A stretch of 60,433 nucleotides of DNA, filler included, from Platydemus manokwari (taxonomy: Eukaryota), in assembly GCA_037951405.1 (NCBI GenBank). It is 6 parts of 6 records of this genome, joined end to end, with 100 filler letters (N's around TTAATTAATTAA, not from the genome) between each part and the next. Parts side by side here need not be neighbours in the genome. Positions count along the whole stretch, not along the records: positions 1 to 11,397 come from JBBMOY010703319.1; positions 11,498 to 20,320 come from JBBMOY011344093.1; 4 more parts are not named here. One strand, written 5' to 3'. Shown piece after piece: positions 1 to 14,243 of this stretch (position 1 is the stretch's first letter; each line of letters begins with the position of its first letter). Made by a program: the position numbers and the translations under genes. The notes beneath the pieces were generated by a model. That model was given only the letters and a program-made list of their open reading frames with translations. It was not told where the DNA came from and ran no database searches.

Positions 1-220
1 TTCAAGGTAGTAAAGCCAGGCTGGCCATGATACTGCGGGAGCCCGCAGATTCACATGGCCGTGGATACCAGCCAGCGCTGAAAACTGGCAGAAAATGGAA
101 AGTTGGCAAAACTATAAGGTCCACTCAGCAATCCTTGCAGCTTAAGGAAGTGATGGGGGTCACGCACACAATTAGAAGAGGCCTCGTCCAGGGTGAAGCC
201 AAATAGTTATCGAAGACATT
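1..220 (+). mobile_element. Degenerate fragment of an RLE-type (R2/NeSL/Hero-like) non-LTR retrotransposon ORF, post-RT region, inside an MTR intron
   Basis: GC-richer than its flanks. Frame 3 reads KARLAMILREPADSHGRGYQPALKTGRKWKVGKTIRSTQQSLQLKEVMGVTHTIRRGL, like the 'RL.M.LR.S.D...KTGRKW...L..KE..G....R.GL' segment of such elements. In-frame TAG at 204. Confidence 0.6.
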
Positions 221-297
221 CACATTATATCACAGAAAAAACCCAAACATTTGTCTCGTTTCCATCATTATTATTAATCATTGTTGATATAACTCAC

Positions 298-3200
298 CTG
301 GGCATCATTAAACAATGTCAATGCTTCCTGTCCGACACTAGTATCATTGAATATTTTAGGATATCCTCTGTTAGGATATTTACCTCGTAATTGCCACACA
401 TCAAAAAATGGCTTCCAATCGATATACGGAATCAAAACATTGATATCTAAATTTTCGATTATCTTTGAGCCGAGAAATGTTGGTTCAACGCTCTTGAAAA
501 CATCGGGTGACCAATCCAGCTTTAATTTTCGTTTCCGTGCTTCTTCAATCGATAAATATTTTCTATCCAACAAAGACTCATAATGCTCAGTACGTATTTC
601 TTCATATTCTTCATTGATATTTTCCATGAATTCGAGGTGTTTAATCTCATCTATTAAGCTATTGGTCTAAAATAAACATCTTATTAATCATTGATCGCCA
701 ACTATGATTTAAACACCGACCACTACAACGCTTTTCGACGCATCCAGTACATGGACGGTAGGACCAGAATATCTAGGAGAGATTTTCACAGCAGTATGTT
801 GCCTAAATAGAGGTCAATGGATACATTTGATCGGGCCTAAACAAGTCGCCATACCTTGATGTTGTAGCTCCTCCAATAAGTAAAGGAATATGCATACCCA
901 ATCGTTCCATTTCTCGGGCTACATGTATCATTTCTTCCAGTGATGGGGTGATGAGACCCGATAATCCAACAACATCTGCTTTCTCCTCAATTGCGCATTG
1001 AAGAATTTTATCACATGGGCACATGACACCGAGGTCAATAACTCTAGAGATCACATTAATTATTATCATTATTATTACCAACAATTGTTATTATCACTAT
1101 TAATTCTATAATATTATTAGAGAACTGACCTATAATTGTTGCAACCCATCACAACAGCAACAATATTCTTGCCAATATCATGAACATCCCCCTTTACAGT
1201 AGCAATTACCATTGTTCCCACATATTGAGGCTCATCAATAACTTCATCGGACGCTTTCATAGATTGTCGTTTCTCTTCTTCCATAAATGGAATCAAATAT
1301 CCGACGGCTCGTTTCATCACTCGTGCCGATTTTATTACTTGAGGTAAGAACATTTTCCCAGATCCAAACAAATCCCCAACTGTCGACATTCCTTTCATAA
1401 GTGGGCCTTCAATTACATGGAGTGGTCTAGTGTGACACAAACGTGCTTCTTCAGTATCTTCCAAAATATATTTATCAATTCCTTTCACTAACGAATATTC
1501 TAATCTTTCTGATATCGACAGAGATCGCCAAGAATCTTCACTTTTCACATTGTCATTTTCATTCGATTTCAAACTTTCCGCATACTCCAACAGTTGATCA
1601 GTAGCATCACTGCTTTTGTTCCATAAAAGATTTTCACACAACTTCAATAAACGTGGCTCAATATCATCATATACTGGCAATGAACCAGCATTTACAATGC
1701 CCATATCCATACCAACCTTGATAGCGTGATACAAAAATACTGAATGCATTGCTTCTCTCACAACCTCTTTTCCTCGAAATGAGAAACTGATATTGGATAC
1801 ACCTCCTGACACTTTCGCATGTGGCAGATTTTTCTGATAAAAGGCAATATTTTATAATATATTTCAATAAGAAGTGAAATATAATTTATTAATAATATAT
1901 TAACACAACATACCTTGACAAATTCTGTGGCATTTATAAAATCGATTCCATAATTGTTATGTTCTTCCATACCTGTTCCGATTGTAAGAATGTTGAGATC
2001 AAATATAATATCATTAGGGTTGAAATCAGCTCTATTGACAAGGAGATCATAAATTCTTTTACATATTTCGATTTTCCGTTCGGCATCTGCAGCTTGGCCA
2101 ATCTCATCGAAAGCCATAATGACTACTGCTGCTCCAAATTTCTTGATTTCTTTGATTTTTCGAAAAAAATCAGCTTCTCCTTCCTTCAAACTGATACTGT
2201 TAACAATACACTTTCCCTGTGTACACCTTAACCCAGCTTCAATGACTCCAAAATTAGAGGAATCGATGCAGAGAGGAACCTTTAAAAATGTTTACAATTG
2301 AATTAATAAGAAATAAAGCTTTGAAAAACAAAAATTATCTTTTATTGAAATATTATTAATAAGTATTGGCAGAATATTATAAGACACCGACTTAGTATCA
2401 ATTATTATTATAATATCATCACGAATTATTATATTATCATATATTAATATAATATTATCAATTATTATATCATCAAATATTATTATAATATTATCAATTA
2501 TTATAATAATATCATCAAGTATTATTGTAATATTATCAAGTATTAATACAATATCACCAAGTATTGTGATAATATCATCAAGTATTATTGTAATATTATC
2601 AAGTATTAATAAAATATCACCAAGTATTGTGATAATATCACCAAGTATTATTGTAATATTATCAAGTATAAATACAATATTACCAAGTATTGTGATAATA
2701 TCATCAAGTATTATTATAATACATCGAGTATCAATAAAATATCAAGTCAAAACAAAAAAGCTTACTTTTGAAATATCAGGTTCTGAGGAGATCAAATTAA
2801 GAAATTTTGACATTGCAGATTTACCGTCCAGCATCCCTTCGTCCATATTCACATCTATGATTTGAGCTCCATTCTCAACTTGTTCTTTAGCTATTGAAAG
2901 AGCTTCCTAAAATGTAATTAAACATAAATATCTATAAATCATTTAATTCTACATCGTATTTATCAGTCTTGATCAATCTCAGAAATCGTCGACTACCGGC
3001 AACATTGCATCGTTCACCAATGTTGACAAACAAAGATGTTTGTGGATTGACAACGAGTCGTTCCAGTCCAGACAGAACAAGACAATCATGGAATAATGAT
3101 TTTCTCGGAACTCTTGGTGTACAGCCAGAAACTGATTTTCTGATTGCAGCGATATGAGCCGGTGTTGTCCCTATTAATGTATTACTGACAAATATTCCTG

Positions 3201-5142
3201 CATATTTCTTACCACAACATCCTCCAACGATGTTCATCAATCCAGCTTGTGCAAATTGGCGTAATGTTTCACCCATTTTTTCCGGTTTCTCATCGTATTC
3301 ACCGAATGTATTTGGTAAACCAGCATTGGGATAACAAATAACAAATGCATCTGTATTATTACTGATAATTTCAATGAACGGTCTCATGTCAGAGGCACCA
3401 AGAGCACAATTGAGTCCAATACTGAGATAGTTCATTTAAAATGACATTTTAATATAAGTTTCAATTTGAAAATACCACAATGGTTTGATATGGGAAATAC
3501 TATTAACAAATGCTTCCGTTGTTTGACCACTCAGAGTTCGACCACTTTTATCAACAATTGTTCCTGAAATAAAAACTGGAATTTCGAAGCCTTTCTCTTC
3601 AAACACTTCAAACAAAGCGTATATTGCTGCTTTGGCATTTGCTGTATCGAATATCGTCTCAATTAACAATATATCCACTCCACCATCAAGCAATGCATGA
3701 CATTGTTCTTTGTATGCCATGACCAGTTGATCAAATGCTGGGTTAAATCATATTATTATTCCCAGATATATCTTTCCATGATAATAATAAATACAATAAT
3801 AATATTAATAATAAATAACATTATAATTATAATCGATAACAATAGACATCAATATTCCGTGCTCCCCACTTCTCAATTGTGTCCAATAGGATCTCGAATT
3901 AAGCATTCGAATCCAAAATCATACCAAAATTCAATGTAATCTTCCAATAGATCGTAGGCACATTTTATAATTGAAATTATGTTCCAAACCAACACATGCA
4001 TTAATAAAAGTAATAATTATAAACAAAAATAGATGTATACAATAGCATATAATGAAGTTTATCGAAAATCAGCATAGATAATAAAAGTACATTTATATTA
4101 TCAAAGTTTAATCGCTTAACAATTTGATTTAATATATAAACGGCAATTAATATTTCTACACCACTTTTGAATTTATTTTAAAATATTTTGACATTTAGTC
4201 ATAAAATCGAAAAATTATAAATCGATTTTACCATAATAAGTTCCCTGGCTGGAATTATTGAAATAACAACGAATATCGATTTTTCAGAACTCATGTCACT
4301 CAAATCTGGTGAAATAAATTCTAAGCATACAACTGAAAAATCAACCAATCAAATTACTATTAAATCGACCAATCATATTCAAGTACTAAATAGTAGTTTA
4401 CAAATAGGAGATTTTACAACTTGATAATTCAAATTTTACCATTGTTTTTATGGTTTCAAGAAAAATTAATTTTTAAATATCAAATTCACTCAAGTTTATT
4501 GAACAACGTTTAGTTTTCTTTGTGATAGTAATATTTGATATGATTATATTCACTGAATTATACAATAATAATAAATATAAAAAAATAATTCTAATTGGTA
4601 TCATTATTACACGACTTACTAATATTCCGAAACTCGGGCTTATCTACAGATGGTGATATAGATAATGTTCGATTAGTAGGACCGATAGCTCCGGCAACAT
4701 ATCTTTGAATTCCTGTCTCGTCATAAGCACAATCACATGCCTTTCTAGCCAGAACAGCACTTTCGAAATTCAGTTTGTAAATTAAATGCTCCAAACCATA
4801 ATCTGCTTGAGCGATTCGAGTTCCACTGAAAGTATTTGTTTCAATAATATCGGCCCCGGCTTCTAAGAATGCCTTGTGTATATTATATATAATATCAGGT
4901 CTTGTCAAGCTTAATAAATCATTGTTTCCTTTCAGAAGTTTATGATGACTTTTAAAGATATCTCCTCTGAAATCATCTTCTTCTAGTTTATGGCATTGTA
5001 TCATTGTTCCCATAGCTCCATCAATAATCATTATTCGCTCACGCAGAATTGAAATCAATTCGGATTTAATATCTTCAGTTTTATTTAAAATAAAAATAAT
5101 TAAAAAAATACATATAATTATCATTAACTAACCTCTTTTCAT
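298..5142 (-). CDS. MTR: Cobalamin-dependent methionine synthase, multi-exon, 3' end beyond the window start
   Basis: Motifs [34 protein letters not shown]|[42 protein letters not shown]. Exons are joined by GT-AG introns. Probable 10-nt first exon at 5142-5133; last visible donor at 297. Confidence 0.97.
2395..2725. repeat. Degenerate ~21-bp-based minisatellite in an MTR intron
   Basis: Recurrent tcaagtattattgtaatatta / ccaagtattgtgataatatca units. It explains the spurious SSII-repeat ORF at 2566-2865. Confidence 0.85.
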
Positions 5143-5819
5143 TTTCGTATTACAAGACAGAAAATTATTGCAACTCAAGTATATATAGAATTGAATAACC
5201 TTCAAGTATTCAAACAATTTATCAAAATTTATCACAATTTTATATACCAACAATCTTCATAATTTTTAAATTATTTTAATAAAAATAAAATAAACAAAAT
5301 ACATATTTTGCAATTCAAATAAAATTATTTTCTTGTAATCACATGCATATATTTAATAATAAAAACAACGTTTTTATGTTAGTATAAGCAATATGTATTT
5401 GAAAAAATTAAATAACAATTTTTGATAATTAATATTGTCAAACTTCCCACTGCAATTACTTTACAAGTATTTATGTGTGGTTGTATTATTAAATATGTAT
5501 TCCACAGACTTAATTTGATAGTTTTTCATTAAGTTCCCAAATTAGAATATCAAATTAAGTTCTTATACGATGCATTGACTTAAAGTCCTATTTGAGGAAT
5601 AATTTGATCCCAAAACAATTTTCCAGCTGACAGATTGTTTGTAGAAATGTTCCTATTATTCTTACGGATGATTTTTTTAACTGGAATTGTTATGTATATT
5701 GATGGACATACCAAATCCAATACCCAAATCTATAATGTCCACTCAAAAATAGACTATATAAATATTTTATAATTTCGAAACTATAATCACCAAATAATAT
5801 TCTCCTTTATAACAATCGA

Positions 5820-6710
5820 AAATATTGAATGCATTAATATTGATAAAAATAAATTGAAAAATAAATCAATAATAGTTTCGTATGATTAAATCCCACCATA
5901 TTTTCATTTAAAATCGATTTCAAGATACAAAGATTTAATTAAAAAGCTAAGTACATCATTTCAAGATGAAAATTGCGTTGATACATTTACAGAATGAGTG
6001 GTAAATAAAAGAAAAATAATTATTGGAAAACTCCTTTTAAATTTGGGATTCTTGTGACAGAACATGATATAAACCGTTTTTATAATTCAATTGGTGTATT
6101 TAGTGGTAAAAAATATTTACAGAGGGAAAGGGTTATCGATAACGATAATTATTTCATTATGAGTACAGAAGACACACCGATTCATTAAGATTATTTTAAA
6201 ACTCTTTGGATAAAATAAGTGAATTTATGTGCATATTAAAGAATTTAAACAAGAATTTTCTGAAAGCAACTTTCAAATAATAAGAGAGAAAAGAATATAA
6301 CTTACATATGATTATGACTTCCTTCGAAACATTAAATGAAACCCCTCTTCCTTCAATTGAGTGTGATTATTCTAAATTAGAATTAAGTAACATAACATAT
6401 GTCGAATGTCAAAGAGCACTAGATGTTTGAAATAAATTTGACTGTAAAACATTATGGGATTACACATTTTTTATCTTTAAGCAAGTTGCAAATAAATTAG
6501 GTTATGTAATAGGATATGTCAAATAGAGAAAACTTGATATTGCACATGACATTTCTTATATTGGGAATCTGGATTAAAAGTTACAAATATAGAACTTGAT
6601 TTATTTACAGAAAAAAATAATGTATGAAATGTGTGAGCAAGGAATCCGAGGAAGAATTTCATCAGAAATGGAGAAAACATGCGTAAGCAAATAATAAATT
6701 TAATATGATA
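5820..6710 (+). pseudogene. Degraded protein-primed family B DNA polymerase of a Polinton/Maverick
   Basis: Frameshifted translation gives ENCVDTFTE, TYDY.TSFETLNETPLPSIECDYSKL, ALDV*NKFDCKTLWDY, WESGLKVTNIELDLFTE, MYEMCEQGIRGRIS, ANNK. This parallels the Maverick pPolB pattern YPYDY..SF....ET.LP....FYSKL...VW..F.CKT..DY...ELEL.TD...E.GIRGGIS...ANNK. Confidence 0.8.
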
Positions 6711-6839
6711 TTATTTAATGTTATTATTATCTAGAAAATTTCGAATATAAAAAGCCAGTAGAGGAAACGGACAAATGCAAAATTCGCAAAGAATAACCAC
6801 TAAAGATTAATATCAAATTCGTCGAATCATTTGATTTAA

Positions 6840-8070
6840 CTAAATATTTTGCTACAAATTATCTACTATTGATGCTTTTCTCAATTATTTTATTTATATT
6901 TTTTGGGGTATTGTTTTTTATATTGATTAATTTTTTCTCAATTTTATGATCATATTCTTTTCAATTTTTGACAATACTCTTTACAACTTAATATTACACA
7001 ATCTTTACATCGATGTTTATATTTAATGTTTAAGTAATCATTTCTTGCACTATTTTTAAGCCTTTTTTAATTTTTTTATATATTTTATATCTTTAATATT
7101 TTTTTAGCTTTTATCATTTCATTCTCAATTAATATATTATCTTCTAAAGCATTTAGTTGAAATAAATATAATTTATCGATCGCATTTTTAATTGATTCTC
7201 AAATTTCTCTATAAATTTTCTTCTTTTTACTACTTAATTCAATATCAAAACTTTATTATTGATGATAATCCAGTTCCAACTCCTGAATATAAATTTATTT
7301 CGGGGAAAATTCCCATTCCAAAATAGTAGGTAAAATAGCTGTTCCACTAGATATTAAAATTGAATATTTTAAACTATCATAGAATATAGTTCATTTATTC
7401 TTCTAAAATTCTTCTTTAATTTAAAATTTTTCATTTTTAAGTTGATTTATATTTATTTTTAATGTCATTTTCATTACCTGAATTCAGTGGAGCACTTGAA
7501 TACGTCTTCGGGCAATCAGAAGTTGAAAAATTGTCAAGGTTAAGATAACTTTTCTATTCATTTTATTAAATTTGATATTAATATTCTAAACAACGACAAT
7601 TTCCTTTAAATAATTTTTTCCTCTATTTTCATGGTCTTCTTTGTTAAAGTTTAAAATAATATAAATTCCAGAAGATATCTTTACCGGCTTTTCAGGAATA
7701 ATATTATCAATAAATAAAGTAATTTTATGATGAATTTTAAATTCCACAATTTCAACACCATTTAAATCAATATCATTGGTGACTTTACCACCAGCCTTCA
7801 GATTCCACCTTTGGCTCATACTCAGGAATATATTTTGCGAGTTATTTCGTAAAATTTTTATTAAAATTATAAATAAATAAACTTGGTTTCCAAGGTAAAA
7901 TACTATTGTTAATATAAGGTGAAAACATTTATTACACCAAATTATTTCTTTTCCATTGATATTTTCTATGAATAGCCTTCCATCTTTAGACATAAATACA
8001 ACTTCCTTTTCCATGAATATACTGAACAAGAAATACAAAACTATATTCGCTGGAAATTTCATCATCATAC
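6840..8070 (-). mobile_element. Degraded intronless ORFs between the pPolB and protease remnants, probably Polinton accessory genes
   Basis: Lies between two Polinton hallmark remnants; Lys/Ile-rich broken frames including ORF 7586-8068. No specific motif recognised. Confidence 0.35.
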
Positions 8071-8179
8071 ATTTTTATAAGATTTTTTATTGTCTAGGAA
8101 ATTTATCTTCAAAAATAAAAAATTGCCTCATTCCAGTATTATTTATTAAAATTCTCACAATGTTATCAATAAGATAATC

Positions 8180-8460
8180 AATATAAAACAGATATTGATG
8201 ATTGTCCACACAATTCTACATCAGTTTGTATTTAATTAAATTATTTCGTTTTTTTCTTATTTGCTTCTTTAGTTGGTAAAATTCCATACGGATCAAAATA
8301 ACTGCCATGAATGTCCTTAATGAAACCCAATGTGCTCCTTTTATAAATTCATAATAGTATATTTGCTATTAGATGATGCTATCAATTTTAACTCGCCTCT
8401 CATTTTAATTTCAGGATCTAAATCCGCAACATCTTTTAAATCAAAATTGGTAGTTCTATT
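8180..8460 (-). pseudogene. Degraded adenain-like cysteine protease of a Polinton/Maverick
   Basis: Reverse strand reads TTNFDL...MRGELK...IMNL*/GAHWVS.../YFDPYGILPTKE...IQTDVELCGQ, giving the His (HWV), Asp (YFD.YG) and Cys (CG) motifs in the expected order. Confidence 0.75.
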
Positions 8461-11397
8461 GATTTATTAGTTGGATAGAAAATTTATTTCTTATTTTTGT
8501 TAAAACATTAATTCAAACTTGCCATTGGGTGATGAAAAAAAGATTAAAAAAATCATTTTTCAAAATCACACAACAATCAATATGGCATAACTCATGATCA
8601 AGATATCTTGCTGGTTGCTGCAATCGAGAATTGCCACTACACCAATAAAGCTCCAATTGCTATACAAAATATCTGGCTTCAGTTTTCATATTGTATAGCC
8701 ATGACTATGCTTTCAAAAACGAAATTCGCTACTATCTGAACAAATTGGAAGGCTGGAAGGAATCAGAAACTATAATTCAAATGAATTTACTTTCTCCCAA
8801 CCAATAGCCAAGTTCTTCAATGGGCCCAATGTATAGGATCTCGACTTGATTGTGTCTGAATCAATTCATGACCGTGAGAATAATTCTCACAATGATTTTC
8901 ATCAATTTAATGAGAATTGACCCGGTCATAAATGTTTCCAAGTGCGGTTACTACACCAAAAATCCACTCAACTATGTGGATCTCACAATGTACCAGTTCC
9001 TGTTATCGACACTACGAATCTTTACCAATAATTAAGTGTCACATTTGAATGTCCCAAACAAACATCAGTGTCCAATCGATAATTAAAGACTTCGAAGTTA
9101 TCACTGAATATATGTGAAACACAAACCAAACTATTTTAAAGTTTAGATGATGTTGTATCCTCGTCACAAATCCAATCTAATATTAATTTAATTATCACTT
9201 GTGATGCGAAATGGATCCCATAGGGCAATACCAAACTTTAGTCACACTATTTGATCAGAGATCAATCGCCAAAGACCGGGAAAATTCAAAATAAGCTAAT
9301 GATGAATGTTTGATGGCTCTGGGCAGGTTTATTCCTTTATTATTTCCCAAAATATTGCTTATTAATCAATAAATGGTGGGAAATATAAAGAAAAACATCA
9401 TATTTCTCAACAGATCTACTCCTGTCGCTATACATGATGTTAGATCATTAACTAACACTAAATGCTGAAAAATATAATTTCAATCACAATGAACTGCAAA
9501 CTCAGCTTATCATCAAGCACATTTAATAACCCACAATAGACCATTGCTAATTCAACAATGGATGATTACGCTACGTGGGCTAAACGACAAAACAGAAGAC
9601 AGGAAGACTGGTGGTCGTAAAAATAACGTAAGGATTACTCATGGCATAAGAGTTATCGACGAAAAATCTGATAGTTTCTCGTGAAATCCAACTTCTTTTA
9701 TGGACTCATTCTGCGTGTTTAATTGATGTCTCACACATTTGCTTTTTATTCAATAGATTCGTCGATACGTCAGTCTATCAACAAATTTCTCTTACATTTT
9801 TCGTACTGAGATCATTACATGTAAAATTGTTACATAAAAAAATCAGGACCCGGCAATTAAGAAAATCTCTCTTTTCCCTGGATAAGATTTCATACATTCC
9901 CAGTTTTCTACTGGAAGACCCAACAGTAAGATATTGTATTTTTAAAATCACCTATTAGAATATCTACCCCAATATTCTTCAATATGTATACAGCTAAGCT
10001 CAAATCCCTAATATTACAAAGGGGATCGTTGGTCATAATAGCCTTTTGAATTGCTGTAACTGCATCCATCGTTTAAACATATTAAAGTATTATTGAAAAT
10101 CAATGTAATTTATTATTTATTGTAAATAAACATTTAAATTAGTATTGATTTTCAATTTTTTAATTAGTAAAGTGTTCGAAGGATTCATAATATTCAGTTG
10201 GTTAATATTATCATTACAATTATGACTACCATACATCACATTTTGAAGTTGTTTCAGAACATTAATAAATTAATTGAGAGAACATTAATAAAACCATTGG
10301 GACCATTGAAGAGGTAATAAAAGGATTTAAAACAACATCATCATTAATTACGCCATTCCAATTGTCTCCATTAAAGCTGTTGAACGTCGAGGCGAAAGAA
10401 AATCAATTAAATAAGATTCAAATACTACTTGAGAAGTCCAAAGAAACAGATATAAAAATCACAGCTGGTTCTGTGCTCGAAAGATAAAGATAACGACAAA
10501 ATCAACCGATCATATAAGATGGGCACTACTCTTCGAAATTCAACTACTTTAACAGATTTTTTGTGAATGTTCATTCATTGTCCTGCAGTTCTGCTATTCA
10601 TTTGTGACAACCGACTGAAGACTTGTCTATTAACAAAATATCTGCTATCTCTCATATTATTGAACACAGGCATTGTTGAAAATCGAAATTCAATTAGACA
10701 TTAATAAATTGAGGGCCTATGATCAGTTGTGGATACATGTGTCCATTGTGCTTGTGTTTATTGATTTCTAAATGTTGTTCTCATTGTTTTGATAAGTATT
10801 TCGAACGTTATGTTCACATAATCTAAGAGGTCATCAAATTGGCTACTACCCACTTCATAGGTAAATAAATGGATAATCAAGTAACGACAATGAAAGATTG
10901 CGGAAGATGGAAAGTGGCCAAGAAATCTGGTTGCATATAATAGGGCTATGGAGTAGAAATGAATAAATAACGAAGATTAAAACCCTCCACAGAAATTGTA
11001 AAATCATAAATAACAAAAAGGACAGATCAATGAACAATACAATAGTTCACATTAATTTTTAACTACTATTGGTCGAGGGAGCCTATGACCTCAGAAAAAA
11101 GAGAAACTCTTTCAAATTAATCTAAACATTTTTTTATTCAAATAAATTTCAGTTCAATTTTTATATTTGACTCTTTTTATCAGAACTATTGATAGTATTA
11201 TTCTAGTTATTCAATCGAAATTCTAAACTCCTTCTATAATCATATGGTTTCAATAAAATATATCAGACCACATTTTAGAAGTCCCATTCAGTTTTTGAGT
11301 CGAAAGGATTTCCTGGTAATAGTAACAACCTAATTCTTTTATTGATGAGTCTGTCTTCAGTTATAGATTTATATTTTGTGATGGAGCATGCATAACA

Positions 11398-11497
11398 NNN
11401 NNNNNNNNNNNNNNNNNNNNNNNNNNNNNNNNNNNNNNNNNTTAATTAATTAANNNNNNNNNNNNNNNNNNNNNNNNNNNNNNNNNNNNNNNNNNNN
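11398..11497. other. Artificial contig linker (N-TTAATTAATTAA-N); others at 20321-20420, 30592-30691, 39896-39995, 51081-51180
   Basis: Identical 100-nt N blocks around a 12-mer that has stops in all six frames. Confidence 0.98.
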
Positions 11498-14243
11498 ATG
11501 CACATAAACATATACATATATTGATTATTAAGAGCCCTTGATCTATTATCAGATAATATCGCTGACACTTTCACAATACAAAGACTTATTAAATATTTAT
11601 TATACATCAAATTTATTCTTTAAAAATATTATTCAAAAATTCTATAATCCCATTTAATTCCATATCTATTTAAGACAAACTTAACCTTGAAACTCATTAA
11701 AGAAAACACCTTAACTTGTTCTTAGTTTCCAACAATACTGATGGACACTTCTAATTTCCCTTATTTGTTTATGTTAAATAAATAGATGCATTCAATTTAT
11801 ATTTCCTCTTTGTGGATATAAAGGTCCCAATAATTTAAATAGGAAACTTAAAGAAAAAAATTATATCGAATTTTCCAATATTCAAAAGAATTTACTGAAA
11901 CAAAATAAAGAAACAATATAATTAATTTTCTTGCGAAAGGAATAAAGAAGAACACTAAAAAATATCTCTGATAAAATACACTAATGAAGCCTATGGGTGG
12001 CCAAAATACAAAGTGATAAAAGTAACTCTTGTGTGTAATCTCCAATAATCCACACAACACAGTTCAACGCAACAGAAGCATTTGATCTTTATACTTAATT
12101 CCACTAATAAATATTATAGTAAGTATTATTAAATGAGAAAATCCAATAGAAAATCTTTTAAGTCAAATTATCATAGCAATCAAAAAACGTAACCACATTA
12201 TCAATGATAATATTCGATTTTTGATGATGTTTATTCATTCTTTTACATCAACAAGTGAGTTTGCTGTGATATTCTGATTTAAGTTATTTGTTGACAAACG
12301 TAAACAAAACATTCTTTCATTAAAATTACATTTCACTATCGCAGATTCAAAGTCCAAATGTTATCAAAATTAATTTATAAATGGAAAATAGACTGACTAG
12401 AGAACGATCTATCAGCAATTCTAATTAGTTAATAACGATTTTTAAATAAAATATATGGCTAAATTTGTTTTTCGCTATTTGAGCTTTTAGTTTATATCCT
12501 CACTTTCGCAATAAATTTATCGATGTCTCTTCACAATTATGTTTTCAGAAGCATTTAATCTGTTGACCATCTGCTGTTAAAACTTAAATAAGTCATCAGA
12601 ATTTTCAGTCAATGATTAATGAGACTCTTTCAGCCTTTTAATGATTTGCAAAATTTCTAATTATGTAAGTGACCATCTTATGAATTGAAGCTGTTTAATC
12701 AACAATTTTAACGACTTTTTATATCTTTCTATCAAGAGATCATCACTCTAAATCACCGGCTATCGAAAATCTTTGCGATTGTCCGGCATTATCACTAATT
12801 AATTTTTGAATTCAATCAAAAATTTTTCTGGAAAATTTTCAGAAAGTTTTCTGTTTTTCTATTAGCTCTACTTGACGTTCACTTTTCAGAATTCCTAAAA
12901 ATCATTTTTTAAAATGTTCCTACGGCGAGTTATGGATTTTTTGTTTGTACACTACAACAGAGAAAATGGGTCTAGATTATTGTTCACACCCACTTCCTTA
13001 TAATAGTACATTTAATTAATAGAAATATTTAGTCTATACTCAATTTTATTAGAATTCTAATAGATAATTTAAGTAGACAACTAAATACAAAGTTCAGTAT
13101 TGCTAAACCATTAAAATCTACTTAATGTAAACCACTCAAAACCATAACAATTAAATTATTCACAAGAGCCACCCTCAAAGCTCAAAAACAATTAGCAAAG
13201 ATTTATTTAGATTGATAGAGATTTTTCATTTGTGAAACTGTAAAACACTTATACTGCTTTTCCGTCTTTTATCAGATCGGTTTTGAATAATTGTTTCTTT
13301 CTCAAGTATGTAATTGTTATGATAGTTTGCTTTCAAAACTGAATTTTTCTCACCATACATACTTGTGAACGAAAATACTGTATCTCAAATTTGAAATGCC
13401 AATCACCACGATGATAATTAGTAAAAGAAATAAAGGTCTTTGCAAACTACTATTTTTAATAAGACTTATGATCAAACTGAAGAAATTTTCAGCTTAAAAA
13501 TTCAGTAATTTTTCTGCAATTGCACATCAAAAATCTGAATTTTTTTTCTCTAAGAACTTTGGATAGTGAATTTTGTCTAAAATTAGTATATTGGTGAAGT
13601 TATTTGGCCCTTTTTATATACATTATTACTTTAAAACTTTCTTATCAACCGTGGAGATTTATTTAACAATTTTAGACTCCAACTATTTCCAATTTTATTT
13701 TATTTTTTAAAAACATTTTGACTTATTTAAATTTAATCTCTTGAATTCTATTCATCGAATATTTTAAAATTCCATATCTATCAAGAATTGAAAAAACTAA
13801 GACTATGGACAGTAGCATTCCATTATTTATCTGTAGCTTTTCTGATAAGTTTTTTAAAATCAATGTACTCTTTAAGCATTTATTGTTAAAATTTCCTAAC
13901 ATTCAAACTAACCTGGAATGAATTTTATTTACATAAACATAATTATAAGATCATTAAATGTTTCAAAATAACTTAAGAAAAAAATAATGCAAGGACATTA
14001 ATACATTTAAAAGTAGAACTTGTAATAAAGCAGCTTCCAAAGTAATTTTAATTGAAATTAAGTGATCATTTTAAATTCTATTTTAAATGTCATTTTTAAA
14101 ACTAAATTTCAAGTTATTTCATTTAAATAACTATGAAACTTAAATTTATAAAATTAAAAAACAATGTGCTCTATTAATTAAAGTGACTTTAATTGTGTTT
14201 GTTTTACTGATTTGGTTTTAAATATATCAACAAAATATTTAAT

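Noticed and set aside
2566-2865. Repetitive hydrophobic ORF
   Set aside because: Translation of an intronic minisatellite plus the antisense of an MTR exon.
8199-8218. TGATTGTCCACACAATTCT resembles mature miR-219
   Set aside because: No complementary arm nearby, and it is the antisense of the adenain ELCGQ codons.
11398-11497. TTAATTAATTAA recurring about every 10 kb
   Set aside because: Always embedded in N runs; an assembly linker, not biology. Gene clustering across the linkers was therefore not interpreted.
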